Notes: generated from the letters alone by a model not told the origin. Positions 29,418-42,700 are shown, counted from the stretch's first letter. The stretch is 64,000 nt of DNA from a virus (IMGVR_UViG_3300042350_001802:63228-127227), one strand, 5' to 3'. A program made the numbers and translations.

Positions 29418-32400
29418 TGGCAAACAACTGTTCAATTAACATTAAAGCTGATAAGCTACCTATTGTACTTAAGAAGGTAGAATACTATATGTTTAAAGCG
29501 TTAGATCGCTCTGGCATATCCTTTTTACAACTTCCTAAAACTAATGTAGATGAAAAACTTCAGCTTTTAGAAAATGCACGTTTGTTGCTTGAAGAAGATA
29601 TTCTACTCTATTCTAAAAAAGCAGTGAAGTTAAAAGATACAGAAGAAGGTGCGTTATATGAGAGTTTTGCACAAAACCTACAGGGTATAAATGCAAACTG
29701 GTCTGAAGCATCTGCATTGTTTCTAAAACACTTTGGTGGTATTATAAATTTAAGGACAAAGTTTAGACTTGATGAAGCGGGTCTTATAGATTTAGATGAA
29801 ACAGTGGATGAAGAAGAAGCTTTAAACACTAAGTTTGTATATGATCAACCAGCAAATGAGATTGATCCTGTAGATAATATAGATAAGGGGATTGAATTAT
29901 TTCTAAGATCTATTACTAAAAAGGATGTTTTTGACGACTATGGGTTTAATGTACTAGTAGACTACGGATCTTTTGTACGTCGTCTATCAACTGATTTAGA
30001 GAACACTGTAAACACTAATGAGATTATTAGTCGTTTAGAAACATTAAAAACAAGTGTTCCAGAATACCAGCAGATATTAGATAAGCTTCAGTTTAAACCT
30101 ACAGATAATGCTGATGACCTTCAGTTTAAAATAAACTTCCGTAATTCTTTTGCTAAAGCATTGATTCCTATATATGTTACATCTTTAGAGAATGGGGTTG
30201 TTAAGGTGATAGAAGCTACTACAGCTAAAAAGAATGCATACGAGCAAAGAGTTAACTCTAACTTTTTTAGACGCGGGATGCCTGTAACTGTAAATGGTAA
30301 AAAGGTAAATCTAGCAAGTAAAGAAGGAGGGGTGTGGGTGCTTACTAAGAGTGATCTTTCTAAGCTTCAAAAGTTTATGGATGAGAAATCTATTCCAGCT
30401 GGAGAGATTACAGAAAGAAAGATTCAATTTTTAGAAGCACTCGGATTTGAGTTTTCTCCTGAGTCAAGAGAACTTTTAAAAAAGGTTAGCAATCTTAACA
30501 CAGTTGTTAAATATATATACGATCATACAGTAAGAATATTAGAAAAAGGTGATAGGATTAAAAGTCCTATTGATGCCATTTCTAAGACAGTCTTTATTAA
30601 TAAGAAGAAATATCAGGGACAGAGAGGTAATCTTAATATAATTACCAACTTTGAGATTAAATATAATAAAAGCTTTAACACTGAAAGAAGTATTGTAAAT
30701 CAGGATGGTAATAGACAGCATGCTATTCAACACCATAACAATTTTACTATTGTAAATAAGTTCTTATCTGATCCTCAATCTTATCCTACACTTCAAAGTA
30801 TAATTCAATCAGAACCATCTATGTTCTGGTTAGATCCTATACGCAATCCCTCGATTGCAAATAGTGTTCTATTGAATAGTCTATTTTACTATTCTCCTCA
30901 AGATCCAAACTTTGGTGCTAGAAGACGTGTTACTAAAAATCAGCAGGGTGTTGTTTTTTCACCAACTGAAGGTGAATTTGTTACAATCAGTGTTACCAAC
31001 ACTGGTGGTATGCAAATGAAAGATGAGCGAGGTCTTAAGAGTGATTCTGCAGGTAGTACTTCCTTGACAAGTGTTGATAAACTCATACAGGATATAAATA
31101 TGTTTATGTTCCGTGGGATTACAAGTGTTCAACGACTTTCAGATAAAGCTACAGATCTTGGAGTTTCATTAAACTATTATATTGATCCAGTAACCGGTGC
31201 TCCAGTGCAGCGTATATTAGGTGGTGCAACAAATTACGAAAGCATATTTAATACAGATCAGTTTTTAGAGAGTACGTTAAATGCTTTGCGAGATGTAATG
31301 AAGTCTGCGTATTTAGCAAAAAATGGATTTTACGATGAGTTGGCAGTAGCAAGTAAAACTATAATGTCACCATCTAACTTTGGTGTATTTACTAGTATAT
31401 TGAGTAGTGATGTTAAGTCTATTCTTAACTCAATGATTGATAATGCAGTATCTGTAGAAGATATTGATAATATGATGTTAGAAAACACTGATGAAAGAGA
31501 AGTGATTCTTTTTGATATTCAGGAGTATATGACAGAGTATAGAGAGCGTTTTAAAGATCTCTTAAACCCTGTTTTATCTTTAGTTCCAACAACTAATATA
31601 TTTGGTGCTGATGGTGCGGGTAAAGCTAAAGATGTGGATAATATAATTGACTACTATCTTGCTAATACATTTCTACAGGATATAGAAAACCTTAAAGTAT
31701 TTTTTGGTGATTCTTTCTTCTTTAAAGCATTTCATAAGCGTAGCAGTAAAGATTCTGCAACAGGAATTTTTACAATCATTGATGATGCTATTATTGAAAG
31801 ATTTAATAACTACAGTGATGCTCAAGGATATGGTGCAAATACCAACCTTGGTGGAAGAATGCTAGCAGAAAGACTTTATAATCAGGGTGTTATAAATAAT
31901 GATTCTAAAAACTCTGTTATTGAATTACAACAAGTTAGCAAGTCTTTTAGATCTGGTGTAATAAGCGATGTAAATTTTAAATCATCGTATATAAAAAACA
32001 TTAAAGATAACATCGAGAGACTTCGTTCACAAGGACTTATTTCAGATGAGAACTATAAGTTGTATAAAGACAATCTACAAAAAGTTATTAGCGAAAGTTA
32101 TAACGGTGTAGAAGCAGATGGACAGGGTAAATGTACATTTGATTTCTATCGTATTATGAGCATTCTTACTAGCGATTGGAGTAGGGAGCATGAGGACGCA
32201 TATAAAAAAATCACCTTATACGCACATTATCAGAGTCTTGTTGAGTCTGAAAAAGATGAAGCTAAGCGTGCTGAGTATTTAATGAAAAGAGATGCTGTAG
32301 GATACGACCCCCTACTTGAGGTGTATTTTCCACCTAAAAAGTTTCAATACTCTGGACCAATGGAATACTCAAAAGCTGTCAATGGTCAAGAGTATGGGCA

Positions 32401-35400
32401 AATGATTCCTGTGTTTGATAAGTTTTCTTTACAACCACTTATACCTACAATCATCAAAGGAACTGCAGATGAGCACTTAGCTAATAAAATGATGTTTAAT
32501 GGTGTTGGATATGTAAAGTTTGAAAGTGGAACAAAGGTAGAAAGTCCTAAGAATAAGGATAGTTACTATGCTGAATACAATGAGTCTAATCCTCAAAGTA
32601 GATCTATATATACATTGGAGCAGATGATTGAGATGGGTAGGAACGTTCGTTTTAAATCCGAACAAACTCTCTTCTTTAATCATCTAAAGCAACAGGTTCG
32701 TATTGATTCAAATGTGCATCTAACATCAATCTTTGGTTCACAAATTCGTAAGCTTGTTTTAAGTAACATCTTAGGAATGGACACTGAGTTTAATAAATCA
32801 GAGTTTGTCCGTATTTATAATAAGTATACCGGATTGATTAACAGTTTGATTCGTGCTGAAAAGAGAGACTTGTACGGTAAGATGGGAGTTAGAGAAAACG
32901 CTGATCGTGAGCTTAGTATATCAAATATCAAAAAACTTGTTCAATTCTTTTTTGAAGAGATAGATAAGAAGAACCAAGATAGTAATGTTCGTCGTGCTTT
33001 AAATTATAACGAAGAGACAGGACAGTTTGAGATTCCTTTAGATGGATCTGTACAAGCACAAATTATAGAGGGTATTATTATTTCTTCTCTGAATAACCGT
33101 ATTGTAAGACACCGTACTAATGGTTCTATGCTCACCCAAGTGGCAATTACTGGTAGTGAGCGTGTTCAGTTTAGTAAGGAGAAGTCTAAAGAAGCTCTAA
33201 AGACTTTCGGTAACACCGAGCTTAAATACTATGACGTTATAGAAGAAAATGGTAAGCTTACAGTTACACCTATGCAGGTGAAGATTGGTTTAACACCACA
33301 GTGGAGACCTCTTTTGAATCTTAAGCATATTGATGGTAATCCAATTGGATCAATAGAGCGTTTAAATGAAATGCTTAAGAATGACACTTGGAAGAAAAGG
33401 AATAAAGAATCTATTAGACTTACCGCATATCGTATTCCTACACAAGGTCTTAACTTCTCTGAAGTGATGGAAGTTGCTGAGTTCTTACCAGCAGCATTTG
33501 GAGATGCTATTATTCTACCTTCTGAGATTGTAATTAAAACAGGATCTGACTTTGACATCGATAAGATGTTTGTATTCTACCCAAATCTTGTAACAGAGGG
33601 AGAAAATTCTGGAACAGTTGTAAAAGATGGAAGTAAACAAAGCATTGAGAATGAACTATTTGCAACAATGCAAGAGTTGATTCTCCATCCATCTAACTAT
33701 ATGCAGCTTGTTACACCTAGTACAAGCTTCCATATAATGCCAACTGTAAATAAGATATATAAGAAACTTTATGGTAAGGAGAGAGAGCAGACAGACTACA
33801 AAGACACTCAATTAATAGATAGAGATTATAACATTCGCAAGTTCAAATCCCTACTAACTGGTAAGAATGATCTTGGTATTGCAGCAATTGCTAACACCTT
33901 CAATGTGTTATTTCAATTGTCAAATGCAGTATCTAGCAGTCAGTTTTTAGAGACTAATGAAATTAGAACTTTACTCAAAAGTCCTTCTGTAATAAAAGAT
34001 AGGGAGACGGATAAAGTTTTAGAGATTAAGTTTGGGAATATATATGATCAGGATGGGATGTATAAGAGCGAGTTCTTTGCTGAGTTTATTAGTGCTTTTG
34101 TGGACGTTGCTAAAGATGACTACGTGTTTGCAATAAACGTTGTTACAGAACTTAGTCCTTTGATCTTTAGCATGAAGTTCCAGGGCTACTCAACAGAAAG
34201 TATTTTAGCATTTATAAATCAACCTGCTATAAGAGATTTTACTAAGAACCTTGCTAAGTATAATAGCATGATTGTTGATACGTATTTAGAATCTGAAAAG
34301 AAAAGAATAGCAAAGATTATAGATACATCATCACCTGCTGACATTGAAGAAAACGAACAAATTAAGGTGTTTCAAGCAAGACTTGAAAAGCTTAAATACT
34401 CTGCAAGAAGGAAAGCATTATCAGAAACATTGAAGAATCTAGGGTTTGGAGATATCAAACCGTACAGGAAGTCAATGTTTAATTTCTTAACTAAGAACAA
34501 TAAGAAGCTATCATCTTATAGTGGTGCATTTACGCAGGAATCTTTAATGGATAGTATAAAACCTGATGAGTTTGATGTTTCTATGCTTTCTCAAGATCAG
34601 AAGCTATCGCAGCTTGCTATGCTCTTTGAACTTGAAAATCAAAAGATTATATCTGATAGCATGACAGAAACAGAGTCCTTCTTAAACTTTGATACTAAAC
34701 CTCACGCTAGTAGCTTTGATGCATATCTTAGAAACAGTAAGTATATGAAAGCGAAAGCTGGTGGTTCTATACTTTCTATTGATACAATCAATACGATTAA
34801 AGACTTAAGTCCAATCGCTCCTTTAAATATAGGAAAAGAAATAGTATCAATTCTTGAGTCTGCGTTCCCTATTCGAAATAATAGAAAGATAAATGCAGAG
34901 GTTTTAGAGGCAGCGTTAGCAGCTCGTCAAGATCCAAACATCATCAATGTTCGCACTGAAGATGATATGAACACTCTTGCTCGCACTTTTAAGAATGACT
35001 TTATGAGTTATATTCTGTATAACTATCTGGATAAGTCAGAAGCTGGTAGAGAGTTCTTTAAGAAAGAGTTTAATACAGATAAGACCTTTGTAGAATATAT
35101 GAAGGAACTTGTTGAAACTCCTAAGCTGTTGGATCTATTTAATAAAGTGAAAGATGACCTTTCTGTTGAAGACTACCAGGAGTTAATTAAGATGTACCCA
35201 TTCATACAGAACATTGTACCAAAGAGTGGGGAGAAAAATACACAACTTGTTGGTTTTAAACTTGTTGAGAATAGTTCTCATACAGTGGATAAGGAAAGTG
35301 TTATTGCTCAGTTTGAAGATGCAATCAATCTGACTGGGGAAGAAAGCAAAGATGTAAGAATGTTCCTTAGAAATCTTGCACTATATTCTACATTCCAGTC

Positions 35401-36703
35401 AGGATATAATTACGGAGAGTTTTCGTATATTGCAGTGACACCTATTAATCTGATTAACAAGCTGTATGGTGAAGCTGTTCAAGAGTTTAATAGAGCATCA
35501 TCTGAACAGAAAAATGTTTCCTATAGAGATTTTAAGGATATGTTTAGGAAGAATAACCCAGTGTTTTATGCTGAAAGGTCTAGTATAAACCCTATGACCG
35601 GGGAACTTTCTAAACAAGGTAAGTGGTATGTTAGTGGAGTGAACTTAGACTTTACCAAAAATGTTCCGAAAGTAGGTAATCCGTTGATTGACGCTGGTGT
35701 TAAACCAACTGATATGAACGGTAATGCTGCTAAAGATGTGGTGATGGCAAGTGAGTCTACACAATTTATTGGGTTTAAATCTGGAAGCGCTGCAATATCA
35801 TCTACTGATAAGTATAGACTTGCTTGGGGTGATAAAGCTAATACAGGCAAGTATACCTCTTCAGATGTTGTAATGGTGTCTGCAAGTGGCGTATTTAGAG
35901 GAGTAACTAGAGAAGAAGTAATTAAAACTTTTGAGTCTAAATATATACCCATCTTAAATAAAGCTATGGAAGCAGGTGTTAGTTTTAGAGTGGGTAATCA
36001 ATACGATAAAGGTAACTTAGGAGATTTCTTAGTTGCTGATCATCTTCGTAAAAATGGATATGTTGAACAGAAGTTTGAAGGATATTCTAGATGGTTTCCT
36101 AAAAAGTCAGATCAAGCAAATGAGTTTTTACTTGCTGATAGTTTAGCACCTATACAACAAAATTTTGCTGATAGCGCTACTAGAAGAATGCGACCTGAGT
36201 TTGCTGGAAAGTCAACTATGGATCTTATTATATCTGGAGATAGAACTAGAAGTACTAGAGCTAAGACAGATATATCTAGAATGTTAAAAGATTACAATCT
36301 ATCTAAAATATCAGAACTTGTGGGTAAGGTTATCAGAATGACTGATCAACAAGGAAGAGTGGTATACACAAAGATTACTAGTGTAAATGAATTTACACAA
36401 CAATATCAAGATAAGACATGGATGAAAGAGGGTTGGACTAAGGAAGTTACAGATAGTCTTGTAGGTAAATACCCTTATGCTATAGAGTTTGAGGTGGTTA
36501 GGAAACCAGCAAGTTCTGCAGAACCTTTGCAAAAACCTACAGATTTAACTTCTAAGATAGATGCATGGATTTCTAGTGAGCTTCCCTGGAGTATTGAAAC
36601 ACCTTCTGATAAGATTGCTAAAATGTACGAGAACGAGAAACTTACAGGTGAAACAATTGAAGAATTTTTACACAGGATGTCATGTCTTGGTAAACTAAAA
36701 TAA
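29417..36703 (+). CDS. Virion RNA polymerase (double-psi beta-barrel, crAss/phi14:2 gp66-like)
   Basis: 2428 aa; catalytic GSDFDIDK (DFDID at 33548-33562) preceded by YRIPTQ; also EADGQG, FDKFSL and FESGTKV motifs. Confidence 0.9.
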   Translation: MANNCSINIKADKLPIVLKKVEYYMFKALDRSGISFLQLPKTNVDEKLQLLENARLLLEEDILLYSKKAVKLKDTEEGALYESFAQNLQGINANWSEASALFLKHFGGIINLRTKFRLDEAGLIDLDETVDEEEALNTKFVYDQPANEIDPVDNIDKGIELFLRSITKKDVFDDYGFNVLVDYGSFVRRLSTDLENTVNTNEIISRLETLKTSVPEYQQILDKLQFKPTDNADDLQFKINFRNSFAKALIPIYVTSLENGVVKVIEATTAKKNAYEQRVNSNFFRRGMPVTVNGKKVNLASKEGGVWVLTKSDLSKLQKFMDEKSIPAGEITERKIQFLEALGFEFSPESRELLKKVSNLNTVVKYIYDHTVRILEKGDRIKSPIDAISKTVFINKKKYQGQRGNLNIITNFEIKYNKSFNTERSIVNQDGNRQHAIQHHNNFTIVNKFLSDPQSYPTLQSIIQSEPSMFWLDPIRNPSIANSVLLNSLFYYSPQDPNFGARRRVTKNQQGVVFSPTEGEFVTISVTNTGGMQMKDERGLKSDSAGSTSLTSVDKLIQDINMFMFRGITSVQRLSDKATDLGVSLNYYIDPVTGAPVQRILGGATNYESIFNTDQFLESTLNALRDVMKSAYLAKNGFYDELAVASKTIMSPSNFGVFTSILSSDVKSILNSMIDNAVSVEDIDNMMLENTDEREVILFDIQEYMTEYRERFKDLLNPVLSLVPTTNIFGADGAGKAKDVDNIIDYYLANTFLQDIENLKVFFGDSFFFKAFHKRSSKDSATGIFTIIDDAIIERFNNYSDAQGYGANTNLGGRMLAERLYNQGVINNDSKNSVIELQQVSKSFRSGVISDVNFKSSYIKNIKDNIERLRSQGLISDENYKLYKDNLQKVISESYNGVEADGQGKCTFDFYRIMSILTSDWSREHEDAYKKITLYAHYQSLVESEKDEAKRAEYLMKRDAVGYDPLLEVYFPPKKFQYSGPMEYSKAVNGQEYGQMIPVFDKFSLQPLIPTIIKGTADEHLANKMMFNGVGYVKFESGTKVESPKNKDSYYAEYNESNPQSRSIYTLEQMIEMGRNVRFKSEQTLFFNHLKQQVRIDSNVHLTSIFGSQIRKLVLSNILGMDTEFNKSEFVRIYNKYTGLINSLIRAEKRDLYGKMGVRENADRELSISNIKKLVQFFFEEIDKKNQDSNVRRALNYNEETGQFEIPLDGSVQAQIIEGIIISSLNNRIVRHRTNGSMLTQVAITGSERVQFSKEKSKEALKTFGNTELKYYDVIEENGKLTVTPMQVKIGLTPQWRPLLNLKHIDGNPIGSIERLNEMLKNDTWKKRNKESIRLTAYRIPTQGLNFSEVMEVAEFLPAAFGDAIILPSEIVIKTGSDFDIDKMFVFYPNLVTEGENSGTVVKDGSKQSIENELFATMQELILHPSNYMQLVTPSTSFHIMPTVNKIYKKLYGKEREQTDYKDTQLIDRDYNIRKFKSLLTGKNDLGIAAIANTFNVLFQLSNAVSSSQFLETNEIRTLLKSPSVIKDRETDKVLEIKFGNIYDQDGMYKSEFFAEFISAFVDVAKDDYVFAINVVTELSPLIFSMKFQGYSTESILAFINQPAIRDFTKNLAKYNSMIVDTYLESEKKRIAKIIDTSSPADIEENEQIKVFQARLEKLKYSARRKALSETLKNLGFGDIKPYRKSMFNFLTKNNKKLSSYSGAFTQESLMDSIKPDEFDVSMLSQDQKLSQLAMLFELENQKIISDSMTETESFLNFDTKPHASSFDAYLRNSKYMKAKAGGSILSIDTINTIKDLSPIAPLNIGKEIVSILESAFPIRNNRKINAEVLEAALAARQDPNIINVRTEDDMNTLARTFKNDFMSYILYNYLDKSEAGREFFKKEFNTDKTFVEYMKELVETPKLLDLFNKVKDDLSVEDYQELIKMYPFIQNIVPKSGEKNTQLVGFKLVENSSHTVDKESVIAQFEDAINLTGEESKDVRMFLRNLALYSTFQSGYNYGEFSYIAVTPINLINKLYGEAVQEFNRASSEQKNVSYRDFKDMFRKNNPVFYAERSSINPMTGELSKQGKWYVSGVNLDFTKNVPKVGNPLIDAGVKPTDMNGNAAKDVVMASESTQFIGFKSGSAAISSTDKYRLAWGDKANTGKYTSSDVVMVSASGVFRGVTREEVIKTFESKYIPILNKAMEAGVSFRVGNQYDKGNLGDFLVADHLRKNGYVEQKFEGYSRWFPKKSDQANEFLLADSLAPIQQNFADSATRRMRPEFAGKSTMDLIISGDRTRSTRAKTDISRMLKDYNLSKISELVGKVIRMTDQQGRVVYTKITSVNEFTQQYQDKTWMKEGWTKEVTDSLVGKYPYAIEFEVVRKPASSAEPLQKPTDLTSKIDAWISSELPWSIETPSDKIAKMYENEKLTGETIEEFLHRMSCLGKLK

Positions 36704-36712
36704 TAAATCAAT

Positions 36713-39700
36713 ATGAGTGCTTGTCCTAATCTAAAGTCTCAAGAGTGGAAAACATTGTCTAGTGCAATCGGTGAAGATCGTGCTATGCTGGCATTTATTC
36801 GTAATAATGAAGCTATCCCTTCTGTAGAAAAAGCTCGTGAGCTTATAACAGATAGAGGATTGCTAGAGTCTTTTGAAAAGATGCCACTACTCACTACAGA
36901 ATTAGTGAATGGTATTTTAAAATCTAGGGGTTTAATTACAGATGAGACTACCAGAATTGATGGAAACACTTATTATAGAATAGATAAGAGTGGTCCAAAT
37001 ATTGGTCAGCGTCTTGGAGATTTTACCGATCAGTACGGAATGATATTAGATTATCGTGGGGATTATGTACGTCCTACAGAATCTGGCATGGAACAGTTTA
37101 ACTCTTTTGCTGGCACTGTAAACTTTGACAATAGAACTCTTACAGAGATATCTAAGTCTTTTCTTTCTTCTATTGGTGTTGGTATTCAAACTCAGAATGA
37201 TGTATTAGCAAAATATGGATCTAATGGTGTTGCTGACTTTGCAGCTAGAATGGTTCGTATTCAGGAAGGATTTGAAGATGAAGCTTTACCAGAAGAAGCA
37301 TTGCACTTCTTTTTGGATATGATTGATCAATCCACTCCTGAACTTATGGAAGCGTTAGATAAGATACGCGAGCTTCCTATCTATAAGTCTACATTAGAGC
37401 AGTACAAAAACAATAAGAACTATCAGACTCCTGATGGTAAGATTCGTTTTGAAAAGATTAAAAAAGAAGCATTAGCTAAACACCTTGCACAAAAACTTAA
37501 GGAAAAGGAAATGCGTGGGTGGTTAAAAAATCTATGGGACTATATTGTATCTGCAATTAAGAATCTTACATTCAATAAAGATCCTATGGAAAAGCTTCAG
37601 TTGCTTTTCTTAAAAGGTAGGATTGATGCTCTCCAATCTAATTTTAATTCTTCAGAAATCTACAATCAGCTTTCTGATGAGTATAAAAACTTCTATGAGT
37701 CTCAAGTTTCTACGGAAGAGCAGAGACAAACAGTAGCTGCAGTGTTTCAAGCTACTGCTCCTATTATGTTTGAACCTGAAAATCACAAACTTACGATGCG
37801 TGATGCAACAGGTACAGATCATATAATGAAGTCTACAACATCTATTTTAGGGTCTGACTATATAACTGAACTTGATTCTCTGGATGTTATTCTTGCTATC
37901 ACTACAAACTACTCATTAGAGATGGGTGCGCAAGCTGGTATTACACTTGGGGACGATGCTCAAGTGACTGGTAAAAAGCTCACTGACTATCTTGTAAATC
38001 TAATTGTACAGAATAAAGTAGAAGAGGAAGAGATACAGCAGCGTTTGGGTGATCGTATTAAAGAACTATTGTTTCAAGCAGCAGAGAGTAAGAGAAAAAC
38101 CTTATTTGGTACTGCAGTGCATAGTATTGCAGAAGCTGCTATTCTTAATAAACCTATAGACTTAGATGCTTTAGATCCAATTATCTACAATATTATGGAT
38201 CGTAAAACGATTGAGCGTTTAGTATATGGTACTGCATCTGAACCTGGAATTATAGGGATAATCAGAGATCTTAAAAATAGTGGTCATGTTATTATGACTG
38301 AGGTTGCTGTAGGTAATGGAGAGATTGGTGGTATCATAGATATAATTGCAATCGATAAGAAAGGAGTGGCACACATCTACGACTTTAAAACAAAGTTTAT
38401 AAATCCTGAGAAAACAGCTAAGAAGTTTAATACACTAGAAGACTACTTCAACTATGTAACTTCTCTTCTTAGTAAAGGGGGTATTAAAGATGAGGAGCAA
38501 ACTCTACCAGAATTAGTTGGTAAGCGCAGATCCCAGATGGAAAAATATGGTCAGCAGCAATCTATTTATAAGAAGCTACTAATGCAGTCTGGGGTTAAGG
38601 TTGGAGACATTAATATTATTGGTGTACCATATACGCTAAACACTAATACTAACAAGGTGGATGATATTAAACCATTTGTTGTAAAAAACATAGGGTTTAA
38701 TGATCGTATTGCAAACTCTTATTTCCCAAATCTTGATCCTACAATGGATGCTAATGCTACAAAAGAGGTTAAGAAGATTGAGGATGATAGAGTGAAAGCA
38801 TTAGAAAGTATATCAAAAGAAAAGCTTAAGGAGACGTTTGCTAATATGCAAGCTCGTTTAACTCAAATCTATAACTACTTTTCAAGAAATAGAGAAGGAC
38901 GTGTTGTATATGAAATGTTAAACGATGAAGCTACAAAAAGTAATAGGGTTAAATTACAAAGAGATCTTGTTACTGATGTAATTGAGAATTTTGATAGTTT
39001 TAACGATATGCTTTCTGCACAAAAAACTTTTGTGGAGATTATAGATTCTGCTGGTCCGATACTGAATATCTTAAGTAAGAGATTCCAAGAGCTTAGAGCT
39101 TTAACACCTGCAGATACAAAAGCAGCAAGTGCTAAGCTTTCTGAAATGAAAAAGATTAGAGACTTTATTGTAGGTTATCAGAATATGTTTGATGAGATGT
39201 CTCAATATCTTGACAAGACTGAAAATAACCCATTAGTTAGTCGTATTAATGAAATGCAAGGGATTATAGCAGGTATAAGAGTTGACTATATTCATGGCAT
39301 TACTCCTGAGACTATTAAGATTTTAAAGGATGTATTTAGTCCTCAAGAGGTTGAGAATATGAAGCGTGAGTATAATGAGATGATTAAATCTGCAGAGGAA
39401 CGCGGTGATAAACAAAGAGCGGAACAACTTAGAAAAGAGCTTGATGAGTTGCCATCTGAGCGTATGATTGCAGAACTTTTGAGTGGTAATAAGGGTGATG
39501 TAGGTTGGTTTTTCTCAAAGTTTCTACCAGCAATATCAAATCCTGATATTATTATAGCAGGTCTTGCTAAACGTCTTAAAGCAGTTTTAGATAAGGTGCG
39601 TCTTATAAATAAAGACTTTAGAGATCGTTTAGATGTAGAATTTACAAAACGTGCTGCTGTATATGGTAGAGGTCTTGATGTTAAAGCAATCAATCAGTCT

Positions 39701-42700
39701 CTTGTTTATACGCAAAAAACAATATCTAGAAGCGGTGAGGAGATGAACCAGTTGTTTTTCTTATCTGAATTTGATGAGAAACTTTATTATGATTATGATA
39801 AGCTACGCTATGAGCTTGAGCAAGTAAGAGAAAAGTTTAGCAATGGAGAAGCTACTGAAGCTGAGTTGAGAGAAGCAAAAAAGAATCTCAAGGAGTTTGA
39901 ATTAAAATACCTTGAGTCTCAATATACAGATGAGTATTATCAGATGAGCTCTATCCTTGATACCACTGTAACTTATAAAGGTAGAAAACAGACTGTCAGA
40001 GAAATAAGAGATGGTATTATAGATGGTATGCGTGCTATTCAAAGAAAATATCACCGAGATGACATAGCAGAAGGTGCTGTAAGTGAAGCAGATTTACAAG
40101 AACTTCAAATGTATAGAGAGCAATTGACAGAGTTACAGGAGAAAACAAATCCTGATGGTAGTAAAAAGACTGGAGATGCTCTTCGTATAGCAGATATTCT
40201 TCAACGTTATAGTGCTAATAGCAAAAAGATGTATGAGAATGTCGAGATGGGTGGGTTATTTGAAAGAAAAAGAGAGCGTGTAAAACTCGCTTATGGTGAA
40301 AATAGTGAGGAGTATAAACGCTGGATGGCAAATAATACACGTCTTGTAATATCAGATCGTTATTATGAAGAGATGGAGTCTATTATGACCGAGCTTGCAG
40401 ATCTCACACAAGATCCTTATGGAGATAGAAAGAAAGAATTATACGCTGAGTTGCGCACATTAGTGTCTCCATTTAAAGATAAAGACGGATATATTAAAGG
40501 TGAACTAATTGATAATCAAAGAATTGAGAGAATAAAGAACGTACAAAGAGAAATTGATCTGTTGAATAGTCTTACAAACGACTATACATCTTTAGGATAT
40601 ACAAAGGAGGAAGCAGCAGAATTAAAGCGTCAAAGATTCTTGAGTTCTATCACTGATCCAAATCATCCTAACTATGGAGACTTTAATCCTTTTGCTGTAG
40701 ATGATATAAAGAAAGCAAGGGAAGCTCGTCTTAAAGCAGATAAGAATCTTGAAGAAAGAATCAAGCGTATTGATGTTCTTAGAAAGCAATTGTTTGCAAT
40801 GCGCAAAACTGAGAACACAAAGTATTACTATCAGGAATTAGAAAATCAAGAACGTTTATATGCAGACGCTGCAGGGATTTCTTATGAAGAGCTTAAGAAA
40901 GATAATAGATTATATTCTCAGTTCCGTGAATCTGAATGGTTCCAGACAAATCACACGCATAAAGTTAGAAATGTATTTGATGAGAATCTTGGAGATAATC
41001 TTCAATCTGAGTCTTGGGAACCTATATACATCTGGAGGCGTAATACCCCAGTAGAAGAGTATATAGAAGAAAAACCAGCTAGTCATTTTTATAAGTATGT
41101 ACTTCGTGAATCATTTGTTGATGATAATGGTAAGACTGTACAGCTTATAAATAAAGATAATAAGGATATACAGGGAAGACCTAAACCTAAAGCTAATACT
41201 GTTTACAAAGCAAAATATGGTGCAGATCATCCATACTTAAATGAAAGATATAAAGATCTCAAAACAAAATATGAGAACAACACTGCTTCTGAAAAAGAAC
41301 GTGTTGACTATGAGAACCTTATCTACATTCATAAAGAACTGATTGATGCTCAGCAGGATATAGAATATCGATATCGTTTAGGTTTTGGTGTTCCATTTAT
41401 GGAAAAAAACCTACTTCAAAGAACTGTTGAAGCTAAAGGTCAAAATCTTAAAGAAGCTGCACGTAATACAGTTAATACCATTAAGCGTGGATTTGTACGT
41501 ACAGAAGCAGACTTGAATGAAGGTGTCCCAGATTCTACCTCCTCTGCAGCTCGTATTGCTACGATGGATAACGAAGAGGTTAAATTTATACCAGTTCGTT
41601 TTGCAAGTAGAAGTGACGCAGATAATGCTTCATACGATGTATGGGGTGCTATGCTTAACTATGTATCCTCAATCAATCGCAAGAAAGAACTTGAAAAGGA
41701 ACTTGCGTTTGTAAATGCTGTAGAAGAAGTTATTGGAGACAAGATGAATCAACCTAAGAGTGAGACAAAGAATCTTATACTTAGTAACATCTTTAAAAAG
41801 GTATTTAAAGATGAGGACATTGCTAAAAGAATCAACTTAGGAAGTAATAATCGTGCTGAGGTTATAAAGAGTTTTGTAAATAGTGTGCTATATAATGAGG
41901 AGTACTTTGAAGGATATGATGTACTAGGTGTAAATACGCAGAAGACTATTAGTAGACTTATGAGTTTAAGTAGCTTTACACTACTTGGATTTGCTCCTTT
42001 TAACTGGACGGTGAATGCTCTTTCTGGTAATGTACAAGCTACGATTGAAGCTGTTGCAGGAAAGATGTATGGGTATAGAGATTTTCTTTCTGCTAAAAAG
42101 ATCATTTATGCTGATAGTGTTGTAGGAGGTGAGTATGGATCTATTATGAAAGATATGATGGCAGACTTTGGAAAGGTTGGTAATAGATCTTTCTGGGGTC
42201 AAATGATGGAGGTATATGATCCTATTCAGGGAGAGTTTGAAAATGAGTACGGAAGAAAAACAAACTATAATAGCGTTAAGAACATTTTAAGTTTGGGTGC
42301 TTTTTCTGGTAAGATCTGGGGTGAGTGGGAGATTCAGACATCTTCATGGGTAGCGTTTATGAAAAACGTGCGTCTTTATAATGGTAAGTTCGTAGATAGA
42401 GAAACATTCCTAACAATGAAGTTAGGATCTGAGTTTTCTGGAATGACCATGAAAGACTATACAACACAGCGTTTAGAAGCTTTGAAGGAGTGGGATGGGT
42501 TAAAGGTTAATCTGTTAGACGCACATGAGTTAGATGTAAATGGTAAACTTAGAATTAAAGCTGAGTACCAAGATGCTTTTAAAATTGGTAGTCAAGAGTT
42601 TTCCGATATCGTTGCTAAGCTGCATTTTATGCAGAAAAAGATAAACGGATCGTATGCTGAGTTTGATAAAGCGTATGTACAGAAGACATCACTTGGTCGT

